A stretch of 64,000 nucleotides of DNA from Elusimicrobiota bacterium (GCA_035534315.1 DATLSD010000049.1:19339-83338); one strand, 5' to 3'. Shown: positions 1 through 10,226, counted from the stretch's first letter. Notes: generated by a model from the letters alone, not told the origin. Program-made: numbers and translations.

Positions 1-401
1 GCGACATCGTGCTCGACGCCTACAACGCCAACCCCGCCTCGATGCGCGCCTCCATCTCCGCCTTCTGCCATGAGTTCGCCGGCCGCCCCAAGGTGCTGGT
101 GCTGGGCGACATGAAGGAACTGGGCGCCGGCTCCGCCGAATTTCACCGCGAGTTGGGCGAGTGGCTCGCCTCTTTGCCGCTCAAGGCGGTCTATCTCGCG
201 GGGCCTGAGATGGAAAAAGCCGGCGCGGCCTTGAAAGCCGCCGCCCCGTTTCCGGTGCACTACGGCAAGGACGCGCCGGAGTTGAGGCGCGAACTTAAAG
301 CCGAATTCAAGGCCGGGCAAATCCTGCTTTTCAAGGCGTCGCGGGCGATGCGGCTAGAAGCCCTGCTTGAAGGCGAAGGCGCGGCATGCTCTACTATCTA
401 A
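1..401 (+). CDS. murF: UDP-N-acetylmuramoyl-tripeptide--D-alanyl-D-alanine ligase MurF, C-terminal part (5' end outside window)
   Basis: The frame is open to the left edge. It carries Mur-ligase C-terminal motifs 'DAYNANPASM' and 'VLVLGDMKELG'. The TAA stop at 399-401 overlaps the mraY start, and the gene sits in dcw synteny. Confidence 0.9.
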   Translation, partial: DIVLDAYNANPASMRASISAFCHEFAGRPKVLVLGDMKELGAGSAEFHRELGEWLASLPLKAVYLAGPEMEKAGAALKAAAPFPVHYGKDAPELRRELKAEFKAGQILLFKASRAMRLEALLEGEGAACSTI

Positions 402-1471
402 GCGCCTACAAGAATTCCTTCGGGGCGCTCAACCTCTTCCAGTACATCACCTTCCGCGCGGGCGGAGCGGTGCTCACCTCGCTGCTGCTCTCGCTCCTCG
501 CCGGGCCCTGGCTCATCCGCACGCTTAAGCAATACAAGATAGGACAGATTCAAAGGACCGACGGGCCGTCGAGCCACTCGGTCAAGCAGGGCACGCCCAC
601 GATGGGGGGGCTGCTTATTTTCGTTTCGGTGGTGCTGAGCACGCTTTTGTGGATGCGCCCCGACGTGCGCTGGACCTGGCTGCTGATCTTCGCCGCCTGC
701 GCGCTCTCCGGCGTGGGCGCCTGGGACGACTACTTGAAGCTCAGCAAGAAAAGCGCGGCGGGCGCCTCATCCAGGGTCAAGTTCGCCGTGCAAATCAGCA
801 CGGCCCTCTTGGTCGTTTTTTACTTGGCCGTCTATCCGCCCAACGCGCAGTTCTTGACTCAGTTGAACGTGCCTTACGGCAAGGAGCTCTTCCTGGGCAT
901 CGGCTCGCTGTATTTTTTTCTGGCGACCCTCATGATCGTGGGATTCTCCAACGCCGTCAACTTGACCGATGGGCAGGACGGCTTGGTCGCGGGCAGCATC
1001 ATCTTCTGCGCCATCGCCTACGGCGCCTTCGCCTACGTGGCCGGCAACGTCAAGTTCGCCGATTACCTGCGCATCGTCCACGTCGAGGGAGCCGGCGAAA
1101 TCAGCGTATTTCTCTCGGCCGTCATCGGCAGCTGCCTGGGATTTCTCTGGTTCAACGCCTACCCCGCGGAAATATTCATGGGCGACACCGGCTCCCTATT
1201 CTTGGGCGGAACCATCGCGCTCGTGGCCTTGTGCGTCAAACAGGAGATTCTCCTGCCCATCGTGGGCGGAGTCTTCGTCCTGGAGACGCTCTCGGTCATC
1301 CTGCAGATGGGCTCCTACAAGCTGCGCAAGGGCAAGCGCATCTTCAAAATGGCGCCCATTCATCACCACTTCGAGCTGAGCGGCATCGCCGAGCCCAAGG
1401 TGACCGTGCGCTTCTGGATCGTGAGCATCATCCTCATGCTTGCCGCGCTCGCCTCGCTTAAAATCCGGTGA
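386..1471 (+). CDS. mraY: phospho-N-acetylmuramoyl-pentapeptide transferase MraY
   Basis: A 361-aa polytopic membrane protein with 'NAVNLTDGQDGL', 'MGDTGSLFLGG' and 'PIHHHFEL' signatures. It lies between murF and murD. Confidence 0.95.
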   Translation: MLYYLSAYKNSFGALNLFQYITFRAGGAVLTSLLLSLLAGPWLIRTLKQYKIGQIQRTDGPSSHSVKQGTPTMGGLLIFVSVVLSTLLWMRPDVRWTWLLIFAACALSGVGAWDDYLKLSKKSAAGASSRVKFAVQISTALLVVFYLAVYPPNAQFLTQLNVPYGKELFLGIGSLYFFLATLMIVGFSNAVNLTDGQDGLVAGSIIFCAIAYGAFAYVAGNVKFADYLRIVHVEGAGEISVFLSAVIGSCLGFLWFNAYPAEIFMGDTGSLFLGGTIALVALCVKQEILLPIVGGVFVLETLSVILQMGSYKLRKGKRIFKMAPIHHHFELSGIAEPKVTVRFWIVSIILMLAALASLKIR

Positions 1472-2841
1472 CCGGCTTTGACCCGCGGGCGTTCAAGGGA
1501 AAAAAAGCCGCGGTCCTGGGGCTGGGCAAATCCGGCCTTTCCTGCGCCAAGCTTCTGGCTAAAAAAGGATTTGCGGTCGTGGGATCGGACATCCGCCCCT
1601 TGAACGAACTCAAGCAATCCCTCGGACGGCTGCCTTCAAAAATATCTGTCGCGGGCGGCGGGCGCGGGTTCGCGCCCTGCGCCTTCGCGGTCAAGAGCCC
1701 GGGCATCAAGCCCGGCGCTCCGGCGCTCGCGGATTTAAAAGCCCGCGGCGTGCCGGTCTTCAGCGAACTCGAAGTCGCCCTGGCCTTCTTCAAATCTGAC
1801 AACGTCGCGGCCGTCACCGGCACCAACGGCAAGACCACCACATCCGTGCTTCTTTGGAGCGTCTTCAAGAAAGGGCTGCCTTCGGGCAAAAAAGCCGTTC
1901 TCTGCGGCAACGTCGGCACGCCCGTCTCGGAGGCGGCGCCGGCCGCTAAAAAGGGTGACTGGCTCGTGGTCGAGGCGTCGAGCTATCAGCTGGAGGACAG
2001 CCGCCGCTTTCACCCAAAAATTTCCGTCTTTTTGAACGTCGCGCCCGATCATCTCGACCACCACGCCGGCATGGACGCCTATCTGCGGGCCAAGGCGAAG
2101 ATTTTCATGGAGCAGTCCCGGGAGAACTTCTGCGTCTTGAACGCCGACGATCCGGCCGTGGTCAAGCTCGCCCGGCCCTGCCGCGCGCAAAAGCTTTACT
2201 TCGGGATGAACCCAGGACCGGGCCTCTCAGCCTGGACCGGCCGCGGCAAAATCTGGGTGAAGTTCGGCAAGGCCGCGCCCGCGGCGCTGACCCCGCCGAA
2301 GCTTCCCGGCGAGCATAATCTGCAAAACGCCATGGCGGCCGCGCTCGCGGCCCGCGCCGCGGGCTTGAAGCTCTCCGCCGTGGCCGCGGCGTTCAAGGCC
2401 TTTAAGGGCGTCGAGCACCGCATCGAGGACGCGGGAACCTTCAAGGGCATCCGCTGCGTGAACGACTCCAAGGCGACCAACGTGGACTCGACCTTGGTCG
2501 CGCTCAAGTCCTTCCCGGACGCGGAGAACCGCTTGCTCCTCATCCTGGGCGGGCGCGGCAAAGGCAGCCCATACCGCCCGCTGCGGCCGCTCGTCGAAAC
2601 GCGGGTCAAGGCCATTTTGACCATCGGCGAAGCCGCGGCGAAAATCGAGAGCGACCTGGGAGACCTAAAGCCCCTGTTTCCCTGCGGCACCTTGGAGACA
2701 GCGGTCAAAACCGCCTTTCAAATCGGCAGCCCGGGCGACGTGCTGCTCCTGTCTCCCGCCTGCGCGTCCTTCGACCAATTCAAGGACTTCGAGGACCGGG
2801 GCCGGCAATTCAAGGACCTCACGCGAAGGTTGGGCCGATGA
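1468..2841 (+). CDS. murD: UDP-N-acetylmuramoylalanine--D-glutamate ligase MurD
   Basis: The GTG start sits in a GTGA overlap with the mraY stop. It has an N-terminal 'GLGKSG' and the Mur-ligase P-loop 'VTGTNGKTTT'. Confidence 0.93.
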   Translation: MTGFDPRAFKGKKAAVLGLGKSGLSCAKLLAKKGFAVVGSDIRPLNELKQSLGRLPSKISVAGGGRGFAPCAFAVKSPGIKPGAPALADLKARGVPVFSELEVALAFFKSDNVAAVTGTNGKTTTSVLLWSVFKKGLPSGKKAVLCGNVGTPVSEAAPAAKKGDWLVVEASSYQLEDSRRFHPKISVFLNVAPDHLDHHAGMDAYLRAKAKIFMEQSRENFCVLNADDPAVVKLARPCRAQKLYFGMNPGPGLSAWTGRGKIWVKFGKAAPAALTPPKLPGEHNLQNAMAAALAARAAGLKLSAVAAAFKAFKGVEHRIEDAGTFKGIRCVNDSKATNVDSTLVALKSFPDAENRLLLILGGRGKGSPYRPLRPLVETRVKAILTIGEAAAKIESDLGDLKPLFPCGTLETAVKTAFQIGSPGDVLLLSPACASFDQFKDFEDRGRQFKDLTRRLGR

Positions 2842-3944
2842 GCGGCCGGCGCCGGGAAATCGATTACACGCTTCTCTCCCTCATCCTGGCCCTGGTCTGT
2901 TGGGGTTTGGTCATGGTCTACTCCTCGAGCGCCATTTGGGCCAAGGAGAACCTGGGCAACTCGCTCTATTTCTTGAAGCGCCAGCTTTTCTGGGCGCTTT
3001 TAGGCCTCGGGGCGATGTGGCTCTTGAGCCGCACCGATTACAAAAAAATTCGCTCGCTGGTCATGCCCATCTTCATCGGCACGGCGCTGGCGCTGGCGCT
3101 GGCGCTCTTGGGCCACCCGGTCGCGGGCGTGCGGCGCTGGATACGCCTGGGACCCATCGGCATCGAGCCCTCCGAGTTCGCGAAGCTGGCCGCGGTCATT
3201 TTCCTGGCCCACTATTTCGACCGCAATCACCGCAAGGTCAAGGATCTCACCGCCGGGCTTTTGGTCCCGCTGGGCATGGTGGGCCTTCTGCTCCTGCTCA
3301 TCGGCGCGGGGCGGGACTTGGGCACGCCGGTGCTCATCTTTGGCGTCAGCGTCATCATGATTTTCGCGGGCGGCGGCCGCGTTTCCTACGTGTTCGGGGC
3401 GATTCTGGCCGGAGTGCCCGTGGTGGCCTACGAGCTGGTGAAATACCCCTATCGACGCGCGCGAGTCCTTAATTTCCTTAACCCTTTTAAAAACGCGCGC
3501 GGCGCGGGCTACCAACTGGCGCAGTCTTTGATCGCGGTCGGCTCTGGAGGCTGGTTCGGCAAGGGCCTGGGCGCCTCGCAGTTGAAGCTCATGTACCTGC
3601 CCGCGCCTTACACGGATTTTATCTTTCCTGTTCTCTGCGAGGAGTTGGGCCTCTTTGGAGGTTTGGCCCTCATCACCCTGTTCGCCTGGTTTTTAATCCG
3701 CGGCATGCGCGCGGCCAGGCGCGCGCCGGATCTCTTCGGAGCGCTTTTGGCCGGAGGCATCACCCTGACCATCGCCTTGCAGGCCTTTTTCAACATGGCA
3801 ATGTCCATAGGCCTCCTGCCCACCAAGGGCATCCCGCTGCCCTTTATGTCCTTCGGCGGCTCGTCGCTGCTCTCGACCTTGATGGGCGCCGGCATCCTGC
3901 TTAACATCTCTCGCCAAGGCGCGCACGACGCGGAGCCCGCGTGA
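2838..3944 (+). CDS. ftsW: SEDS-family peptidoglycan glycosyltransferase / lipid II flippase FtsW
   Basis: ATGA overlap with murD. A multi-TM protein with the conserved SEDS C-terminal block 'LPTKGIPLPFMSFGGSS'. Its position between murD and murG supports the ftsW call. Confidence 0.9.
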   Translation: MSGRRREIDYTLLSLILALVCWGLVMVYSSSAIWAKENLGNSLYFLKRQLFWALLGLGAMWLLSRTDYKKIRSLVMPIFIGTALALALALLGHPVAGVRRWIRLGPIGIEPSEFAKLAAVIFLAHYFDRNHRKVKDLTAGLLVPLGMVGLLLLLIGAGRDLGTPVLIFGVSVIMIFAGGGRVSYVFGAILAGVPVVAYELVKYPYRRARVLNFLNPFKNARGAGYQLAQSLIAVGSGGWFGKGLGASQLKLMYLPAPYTDFIFPVLCEELGLFGGLALITLFAWFLIRGMRAARRAPDLFGALLAGGITLTIALQAFFNMAMSIGLLPTKGIPLPFMSFGGSSLLSTLMGAGILLNISRQGAHDAEPA

Positions 3945-5044
3945 GGAAAAAAAGAATCCTCATCGCGGCGGGGGGGACCGGCGGGCACTTCTACCCCGGC
4001 TTCGCTCTGGCGCAGGCCTTGAAGGAGCGAGGCTGGCAGCCGCTCATCGCGCTAAAGCCCGGCGGACCGGCCGACAAACTGCTTGAAGACAGCGGCATCG
4101 CGGCCGCGGCCGTCGACTTGGAGGGCCTGCCGCGATCCTTGAGCCTCAAGCTGCCGCGCTTTGGATTTAAGCTCGTCAAAAGCGCTTGGACCGCGCGCCG
4201 CTTGGTTGCCGACTTCGAACCCAACCTCGTCCTCGGCATGGGCGGCTACGTGGCGGTCCCCTGCCTTCTGGCCGCGAGGCTTGCGGGCATCCCCTCCGCC
4301 GCGCACGAGTCCAACGCCATCCTGGGCTTGGCCAACAAGCTCTGCCGGAGCTTGGGCGCGAAAATTTTCTGGGGTCTGCCGCCATTGGGCGGGCTTAAGG
4401 ATGGGGAAATCCTGACCGGAACGCCCATCCGCGCGGAGCTGCGCGCGGCGATGCCCCAAGATGAGGCGAGGCAAAGGCTGGGCCTCGAGCCGGCTACGAC
4501 GACGCTTCTTATCTTCGGCGGCAGCCAAGGAGCCATGGCGCTCAACAAAACCATCCCGGCGCTTCTTAAATCCCTGGCCGCGCGTTCTTCTTGTCCGCTC
4601 TTCCAAATCCTCCACGTCGCCGGCGAGAAATGGCTTACGGAGACTCGCGAAGGCTATGCCGGAGCGCCGTTTAAAGCCGTCGTTCTTCCTTATATAAGCG
4701 CCATGGAGCAGGCCTACGGCGCAGCCGACGTCGCGGTTTGCCGGGCGGGGGCCAGCACCCTGGCCGAGCTCTACGCCCAGAAAAAACCGGCCATCCTCAT
4801 CCCCTATCCGTACGCGGCGGCGGGACATCAGGCTAAAAACGCGTCGGTCCTTGAGAAAATGGGCGCGGCCGCGGTTGTTGAGGAAAAACAACTCTCTGCC
4901 GATCTTCTTCCAGTCCTGGAGGCGGCGCTGCAAAGCGCGGGAAAGCGCCGCGCCATGTCCGAAAGCTATTCCCGCCTGGCCCTGCCCGCGCCCGCCGAAA
5001 CCGTCCCCATTTTGGTCCGCGCCGTCGAGGCGCTCCCCTGTTAA
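3941..5044 (+). CDS. murG: undecaprenyldiphospho-muramoylpentapeptide beta-N-acetylglucosaminyltransferase MurG
   Basis: GTGA overlap with ftsW. It has an N-terminal 'AAGGTGGHFYPG' G-loop, 'FGGSQGA' and 'RAGASTLAEL'. Confidence 0.93.
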   Translation: MRKKRILIAAGGTGGHFYPGFALAQALKERGWQPLIALKPGGPADKLLEDSGIAAAAVDLEGLPRSLSLKLPRFGFKLVKSAWTARRLVADFEPNLVLGMGGYVAVPCLLAARLAGIPSAAHESNAILGLANKLCRSLGAKIFWGLPPLGGLKDGEILTGTPIRAELRAAMPQDEARQRLGLEPATTTLLIFGGSQGAMALNKTIPALLKSLAARSSCPLFQILHVAGEKWLTETREGYAGAPFKAVVLPYISAMEQAYGAADVAVCRAGASTLAELYAQKKPAILIPYPYAAAGHQAKNASVLEKMGAAAVVEEKQLSADLLPVLEAALQSAGKRRAMSESYSRLALPAPAETVPILVRAVEALPC

Positions 5045-5198
5045 TCTAGCCCGCCGACTCTCCGTTGTCGTCACATCCCCGTCATCCAGCCGTCGTGATC
5101 CCGTCGCGCGGATTTTGCCCGGCCGCCATTCTCCTGCTTCCAGCTTCGCTGGTAGAATCTCGACGAAGCCAAATAATGAACACTGGAGAAAATGAATC

Positions 5199-5801
5199 AT
5201 GAACATCGCAAAGACATGGATACTTGCCGCCGCCGTATTTTGCGCAGCCGGGACCATCGCTTCCGCGGCTTCCGTTAATTGGAACGCGGATCCTGCTGCC
5301 GGTGTCTTGGTCCAGGTGCGGCGGATGGAAGCCAAGACGCCCGTCCCGGCCATGACATCCTTCGTCCCATCAGCCCAAGCCCCGGCCGAGCGCCTCGAGG
5401 CCAAACCTATTGATTCGGATGTCCTCTATTACGAGGATATGGGCGACGCTTACGCTGGCGATGAGCAGACTGCTCTGAATCTTAACGACGCCAAGGACCG
5501 GGTCGGTGCGCAGTTCAGCGACTGCCCGACCTCCTATAGCGACGACGAAATGCCCAGCTGCGACACGTTGCAATTCGTGTTCCCGACCCTGACCGTGGAC
5601 AAGGCCCATCACCTCATCCGCAGCGGCGGAGAAGTCGTGGCGACGTGGTCGAGCCATTTCCTGCTGGGCACCAACGTCAAGCTCGCCCGCGGCTGGCGCC
5701 TCGTGGCCGCAAAAACCAAAAAGCTGATGACCGTGGATGACGGCTTCGATCATTACCAGGAAACCCGCACCACCGTGTCCGTTTATCTGCAAAAGAACTA
5801 A
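5199..5801 (+). CDS. hypothetical exported protein
   Basis: An N-terminal signal-peptide-like segment 'ILAAAVFCAAGTIASAAS', a GGAG about 14 nt upstream, and a strong terminator immediately downstream. No family was recognised. Confidence 0.7.
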   Translation: MNIAKTWILAAAVFCAAGTIASAASVNWNADPAAGVLVQVRRMEAKTPVPAMTSFVPSAQAPAERLEAKPIDSDVLYYEDMGDAYAGDEQTALNLNDAKDRVGAQFSDCPTSYSDDEMPSCDTLQFVFPTLTVDKAHHLIRSGGEVVATWSSHFLLGTNVKLARGWRLVAAKTKKLMTVDDGFDHYQETRTTVSVYLQKN

Positions 5802-5824
5802 AGCGGTTCCGCTTTAAGTTCAAA

Positions 5825-5851
5825 GGCCCGGAGAAATCCGGGCCTTTTTTT
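5825..5851 (+). terminator. rho-independent terminator
   Basis: Perfect hairpin GGCCCGG-agaaat-CCGGGCC (5825-5844) followed by T7 (5845-5851). Confidence 0.85.
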
Positions 5852-5908
5852 GGGTCAGCGCCATTTGCCCGCCGCGCGGCCGATTCGCTATACTCAAGCT
5901 CCAGTGCG

Positions 5909-7738
5909 ATGAACCAAACTTTAAGCTCGGATCACACCCCGACGCCGGCGCTGGACGCGGCAAATCCTTACCGCACGCACGCCTGCGGCGACCTGCGCCC
6001 GGCCCAAGTCGGCGCCCGCGTGCGCGTGGCGGGCTGGGTCCACGCCCGGCGCGACCACGGCGGGGTCTACTTCTTCGATTTGCGCGACCGCTCGGGCCTC
6101 ATCCAGGTGGTGGCCAACCCCGAGCAATCGGCCGCGTTTCTGGCCGCCTCCAAGCTGGGATCCGAGCACGTGGTCAGCGTGCTGGGCGCGCTGCGCCCGC
6201 GGCCCCAAGGCACCGAGAACCCCAAAATTCCCACCGGCGGCGTGGAAATCGCCGCCGAGGAAATCACGCTCCTTAACACCGCCAAGACCCTGCCCTTCGA
6301 GGTGGACTCGGCCTCGGGCGTCTCCGAGGAAACGCGCCTCAAGTACCGCTTCCTCGATTTGCGCTCGGAGCGCATGCGCGAGAACCTGCGTCTGCGCCAC
6401 CGCGTGGGCGCGATTGTCCGGCGCGAGCTCGACGCCCTGGGTTTTTGGGAAGTGGAAACTCCGATTTTGACCAAGGCCACGCCCGAAGGCGCGCGCGACT
6501 TTTTAGTGCCCTGCCGGCTGCGCCCCGGCACCTTCTACGCCCTGCCCCAGTCGCCGCAGATTTTCAAGCAGATTTTGATGGCCTCTGGCGTGGAGAAATA
6601 CTACCAGCTGGCGCGGGCCTTCCGCGATGAGGACCTGCGCGCCGATCGCCAGCCCGAGCACACGCAAATCGACCTCGAGATGTCCTTCATCGAGGAAAAA
6701 GACGTGCACGCGGTGGTCGAGCGCTTCTTGAAGGCCGTGTTCAAGGAAGCCATGGGCACCGACCTGGAAACGCCTTTCGCGCGCGTGGAGTACGAGGATT
6801 TGATGCGGCGCTACGGCTCGGACAAGGCTGACTTGCGCTACGGCTTTGAGATTTTCGACCTCACAGACTTGTTTAAAGGCAGCGCGTTCAAGGTTTTCGG
6901 AGAGGCCGCGCGTTCGGGCGGCGTGGTGCGCGCCATTGCGGTATCGCACGAGTTTTCCCGCGCCGACATCGACAAGTTGACGGAGATGGTCAAAGGGCTG
7001 GGCCTGAAGGGCCTGGCCTGGATTAAGTGGACCGCGGCGGGGCCGGAATCGCCCATCGTTAAATTTTTAAAACCCGAGGAACTCTCCGGCATCGAGAAAG
7101 CCGCCAACGCCAAGCCCGGCACGGTGGTGTTCTTCGCGGCGGACAAGGCCGCGGTCGCGGCGCCGGCCCTGGGCGCGCTCAGAAAGGAGCTCATCGCCAA
7201 GATCAAGCCTGAGCCCATCAAGCCCTGGAGCTTCTACTGGGTCCTGCACTTCCCGCTGCTGGAATGGGAGCCCGAGGAAAAACGCTGGACCTTCACCCAC
7301 AACCCCTTTACCGCGCCGCTCGCGGAGGACATGCCCAAGCTCGACTCGGACCCGGGCAACATCCGCTCGCATCAGTACGACTTGGTCTTGAACAGCACGG
7401 AACTCGCCTCGGGCTCGGTGCGCAATCACCGCGCGGACATCCAGCGCAAAATCCTTTCTCTGATGGGCTACTCGCCCGCGGAGCAGGAGGAAAAGTTCGG
7501 CCTGCTCTTAAACGCCCTGGAGCACGGCGCGCCGCCGCACGGCGGCATCGCCCTGGGCTTCGATAGGCTCATCGCGATTTTGCGGGGGGAAGACTCCATC
7601 CGCGAGGTCATCGCGTTCCCAAAAACACAGAAGGGCACTTGCCCCTTGAGCGAGGCGCCCGGCCCCGTGGGTCAAAAGCAGCTCAAGGAACTGCACATCA
7701 AGCTGGACCTGCCGCCCCAGCCAGCCAAGCCCGCCTAG
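5909..7738 (+). CDS. aspS: aspartate--tRNA ligase AspS (bacterial type)
   Basis: 609 aa with class II aaRS motifs: 'FFDLRDRSGLIQVV' in the OB-fold region, 'QSPQIFKQILM', 'FRDEDLRADRQPEHTQIDLEMSF' and a C-terminal 'GGIALGFDRL'. It ends in TAG. Confidence 0.95.
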   Translation: MNQTLSSDHTPTPALDAANPYRTHACGDLRPAQVGARVRVAGWVHARRDHGGVYFFDLRDRSGLIQVVANPEQSAAFLAASKLGSEHVVSVLGALRPRPQGTENPKIPTGGVEIAAEEITLLNTAKTLPFEVDSASGVSEETRLKYRFLDLRSERMRENLRLRHRVGAIVRRELDALGFWEVETPILTKATPEGARDFLVPCRLRPGTFYALPQSPQIFKQILMASGVEKYYQLARAFRDEDLRADRQPEHTQIDLEMSFIEEKDVHAVVERFLKAVFKEAMGTDLETPFARVEYEDLMRRYGSDKADLRYGFEIFDLTDLFKGSAFKVFGEAARSGGVVRAIAVSHEFSRADIDKLTEMVKGLGLKGLAWIKWTAAGPESPIVKFLKPEELSGIEKAANAKPGTVVFFAADKAAVAAPALGALRKELIAKIKPEPIKPWSFYWVLHFPLLEWEPEEKRWTFTHNPFTAPLAEDMPKLDSDPGNIRSHQYDLVLNSTELASGSVRNHRADIQRKILSLMGYSPAEQEEKFGLLLNALEHGAPPHGGIALGFDRLIAILRGEDSIREVIAFPKTQKGTCPLSEAPGPVGQKQLKELHIKLDLPPQPAKPA

Positions 7739-7759
7739 TCCGAAGGGCTCTTTTACTTT

Positions 7760-8869
7760 TTAGGGTTTCTTTTCGGTCACGACGCGCTCATAGACGGCCG
7801 TCGATTTCCCGAAATTCGAGCTGTCGAGGTTGGTGGTGTTGAAGGTCGTCCGGACGCTGTAGGGCCCGAAGTAGAAAAAGAGCTTGCGATAAAGAGCCAT
7901 TTCCTCGGTCTGGATGAGACGGTTGCCCTGAACCTGGAGGGATTTAGTCGTCACCACCTGCTCGGGAAGGCTTACCACGTGCGTTTCCGTTCGGACGCTG
8001 CGCATCTCGAGCTTGCCGTCCTTGAAGGTCGTCGTGGTCTCGCCGGTGACGAGACCTCCCGGCGCGTCCAGATTGCCCCGCCAGGGCTTGTCGACGATTG
8101 CCGGGCCGTTGATGTTGGAGAAATCATATCCGGAGTTGTAGCTCATTTCCGGCCAGCGCAGTTGGACCGCGTCCCCCTTAACAACCAACTCCATGAGCTT
8201 AGGGCCGTTGCCGGACACCAAGCGCCACGCGCCCTCCAAGGCTTTGAGCGGATTGGAGGGGACGACGGCTTTGCCGCCGGTCGGAGTCGGCGCGGCTGCC
8301 TGCAAGGAAACAGCCGCGCTTTGAGGCGCGGTCTCTTGCGCGCCAATCCCAATGGAAACGGACTCATCGGCGCCTTTGCCCGCCAAATCGAACATCATGC
8401 GTCCTTGGGCGACCTGCCCGTCGATCCCTTGAGCCTTGCCCGCCGCGTCGGAAGTCTCGCTCTTGACGAAGGCGCCCAAGCGTCCGACCAGGGTCTCCGC
8501 GGCTTTAATCGCGCCTTCAGGCTTCGCCTCTGTCTGCGCCGCCGGCGAAGAAGTTTGATCCTCTCGGCTCTTAATCGCTGCTGGAACTTCCGGAGCCGCG
8601 GCCGCTTGCTTCAAAACGGTTTGAGAGACAACTCCGGGGATAGTCCCGTCGATGCCCGCGGTATTGAGGCCGCTGGTGTTTAAGCCGCTCATGTCCATGC
8701 TCGCGGCGCCAAGAGTCTCGGCGGCATTGACGGGAATATTGATGGCTCCGACCGCGTCCACCGAACCCGCTTCAAAATCCGCGGCCCGCGCGAAATGGCA
8801 GGCCAAGCCGCACAACAGGGCGGCAAGCCCCAAAGAAAAAATCGCGGGAATCCATTTTTTGGCGCGCAT
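7760..8869 (-). CDS. hypothetical exported/membrane-anchored protein
   Basis: I chose the ATG at 8869, preceded by GGAGG about 8 nt upstream, rather than the 8908 start in the track. The N-terminal hydrophobic segment is 'IPAIFSLGLAALLCGLA'. An Ala/Gln/Thr-rich linker precedes a beta-rich C-terminal domain. Confidence 0.7.
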   Translation of the reverse strand: MRAKKWIPAIFSLGLAALLCGLACHFARAADFEAGSVDAVGAINIPVNAAETLGAASMDMSGLNTSGLNTAGIDGTIPGVVSQTVLKQAAAAPEVPAAIKSREDQTSSPAAQTEAKPEGAIKAAETLVGRLGAFVKSETSDAAGKAQGIDGQVAQGRMMFDLAGKGADESVSIGIGAQETAPQSAAVSLQAAAPTPTGGKAVVPSNPLKALEGAWRLVSGNGPKLMELVVKGDAVQLRWPEMSYNSGYDFSNINGPAIVDKPWRGNLDAPGGLVTGETTTTFKDGKLEMRSVRTETHVVSLPEQVVTTKSLQVQGNRLIQTEEMALYRKLFFYFGPYSVRTTFNTTNLDSSNFGKSTAVYERVVTEKKP

Positions 8870-9030
8870 GGCAAAACCTCCGAAACGGTAATTCAGCGGA
8901 TCTTTCATGACTTATCCATTATATAAGGAGGGAGGGGAAGGCGGCATGGGCCAAAAGGGCCTGGAAAAATCGGTCTTTAGGCCCGGCGCCTGCTGGGACG
9001 CAGGGCCTCCAGCAATCAGGGAAGGAAAGC

Positions 9031-9106
<76 letters not shown>

Positions 9107-9194
9107 ATTAATGGGAATTATACAACACTTCTTGCGCACCCGAAATTATGGCCTATCGCGGAAACATGATTTTGATTTAATATGACTTACTGTC

Positions 9195-10226
9195 ATGAAC
9201 CCGGAGCGCATTGAAGGTATTTCTCCCGCCGTGGCGGCATCCGCACAGGCGCTCGCCCGCCGATTTCGCAGCGCCTCCCCGTTTCCTTATCTCATCATCG
9301 ACGATTTCCTCTCTCCGGATCTTTGCCGCGGCCTCCTTAAGGAATTCCCGCCCTATGACCGCAAGCGCTTCAGCAACATCTACGGGCACCCGAGCAAGGC
9401 CGTCTATGAAAGACCGCGGGAATTGGGGAAATCTTTCGCGGCTTTCGACGCCATGGTTTCATCTCGGACGTTTATGAACTGGCTCGGCCGGGTCTCAGGC
9501 ATCAAAAACCTGCTTTACGACCCGCTCTACACCGGCGCAGGGGCTCAGGAAAATCTGGCCGGCATGCATCTTTTTCCACATGTCGACTTTAACCGCCATT
9601 TAACGAAGCCGTGGCGCCGCCGCGTCAACCTGATGCTATATTTAAACGAGGGTTGGAAGGCCGCGTGGGGAGGATGCCTTCAACTTTTTCGCGCAGATCG
9701 CGGGAAAACGCCCGCGGCAAAAACCATCGCTCCCGTCTTCAATCGCTGCGCCATTTTTGCCGCCAGTGAAAAATCCTGGCACGGAGTCACGCCCGTCACT
9801 CCTCCGGCTCGCGAACGTGAAGCTTTGTCCAGAAAATCCGTATCCGTTTATTTTTATACTCGAGAGACGCCTGAATCTTCCGCGGCCCATTTGACGCTTT
9901 GGCGATTTCCCGGCCTCCCGGATGGGCTTGAAGCGGGGCGCCGCCTGCGGCAAACGGACATCGAGGCCGTCAATCGCGCGCTGTTTTACCGGGATTCCGA
10001 AATAGACGACCTCAGCATGCGCGGCTTCCACATGGAATGGAAATCCCCGCTCCCGCCCCATTGGCGTCCCGGCTACCGATTGAGCCCAGAGGAAGCCGCG
10101 TGGCTCAAGCGCCAAATCCGGCGCCAGGACGCCCGCTTGGGCGAGCTTTGGTACGGACGCAGCCCCGTCGGGCTTAAGGAAGCCGTCGAAAAGCGCCGCT
10201 ACGATCCGCCGCCGCTTCGCGGCTGA
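9195..10226 (+). CDS. 2OG-Fe(II) oxygenase superfamily protein (prolyl-hydroxylase-like)
   Basis: 'FPYLIIDDFL' N-terminal block, an HxD in 'FPHVDFN' and a distal His in 'SWHGVTPV'. A C-terminal extension of about 110 aa has no recognised family. Confidence 0.75.
   Translation: MNPERIEGISPAVAASAQALARRFRSASPFPYLIIDDFLSPDLCRGLLKEFPPYDRKRFSNIYGHPSKAVYERPRELGKSFAAFDAMVSSRTFMNWLGRVSGIKNLLYDPLYTGAGAQENLAGMHLFPHVDFNRHLTKPWRRRVNLMLYLNEGWKAAWGGCLQLFRADRGKTPAAKTIAPVFNRCAIFAASEKSWHGVTPVTPPAREREALSRKSVSVYFYTRETPESSAAHLTLWRFPGLPDGLEAGRRLRQTDIEAVNRALFYRDSEIDDLSMRGFHMEWKSPLPPHWRPGYRLSPEEAAWLKRQIRRQDARLGELWYGRSPVGLKEAVEKRRYDPPPLRG

Noticed and set aside
3084-3107. Tandem hexanucleotide repeat (GCGCTG)x3-4 inside ftsW
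   Set aside because: It simply encodes an Ala-Leu repeat in a transmembrane helix. It is not a CRISPR array, a VNTR or a regulatory repeat. No CRISPR-like array was seen anywhere in the window.
4052-5404. 450-aa ORF on the minus strand antisense to murG
   Set aside because: It is Arg/Gly/Ala-rich with no motifs. It lies entirely opposite a confidently identified gene, which makes it a typical shadow ORF of high-GC DNA.
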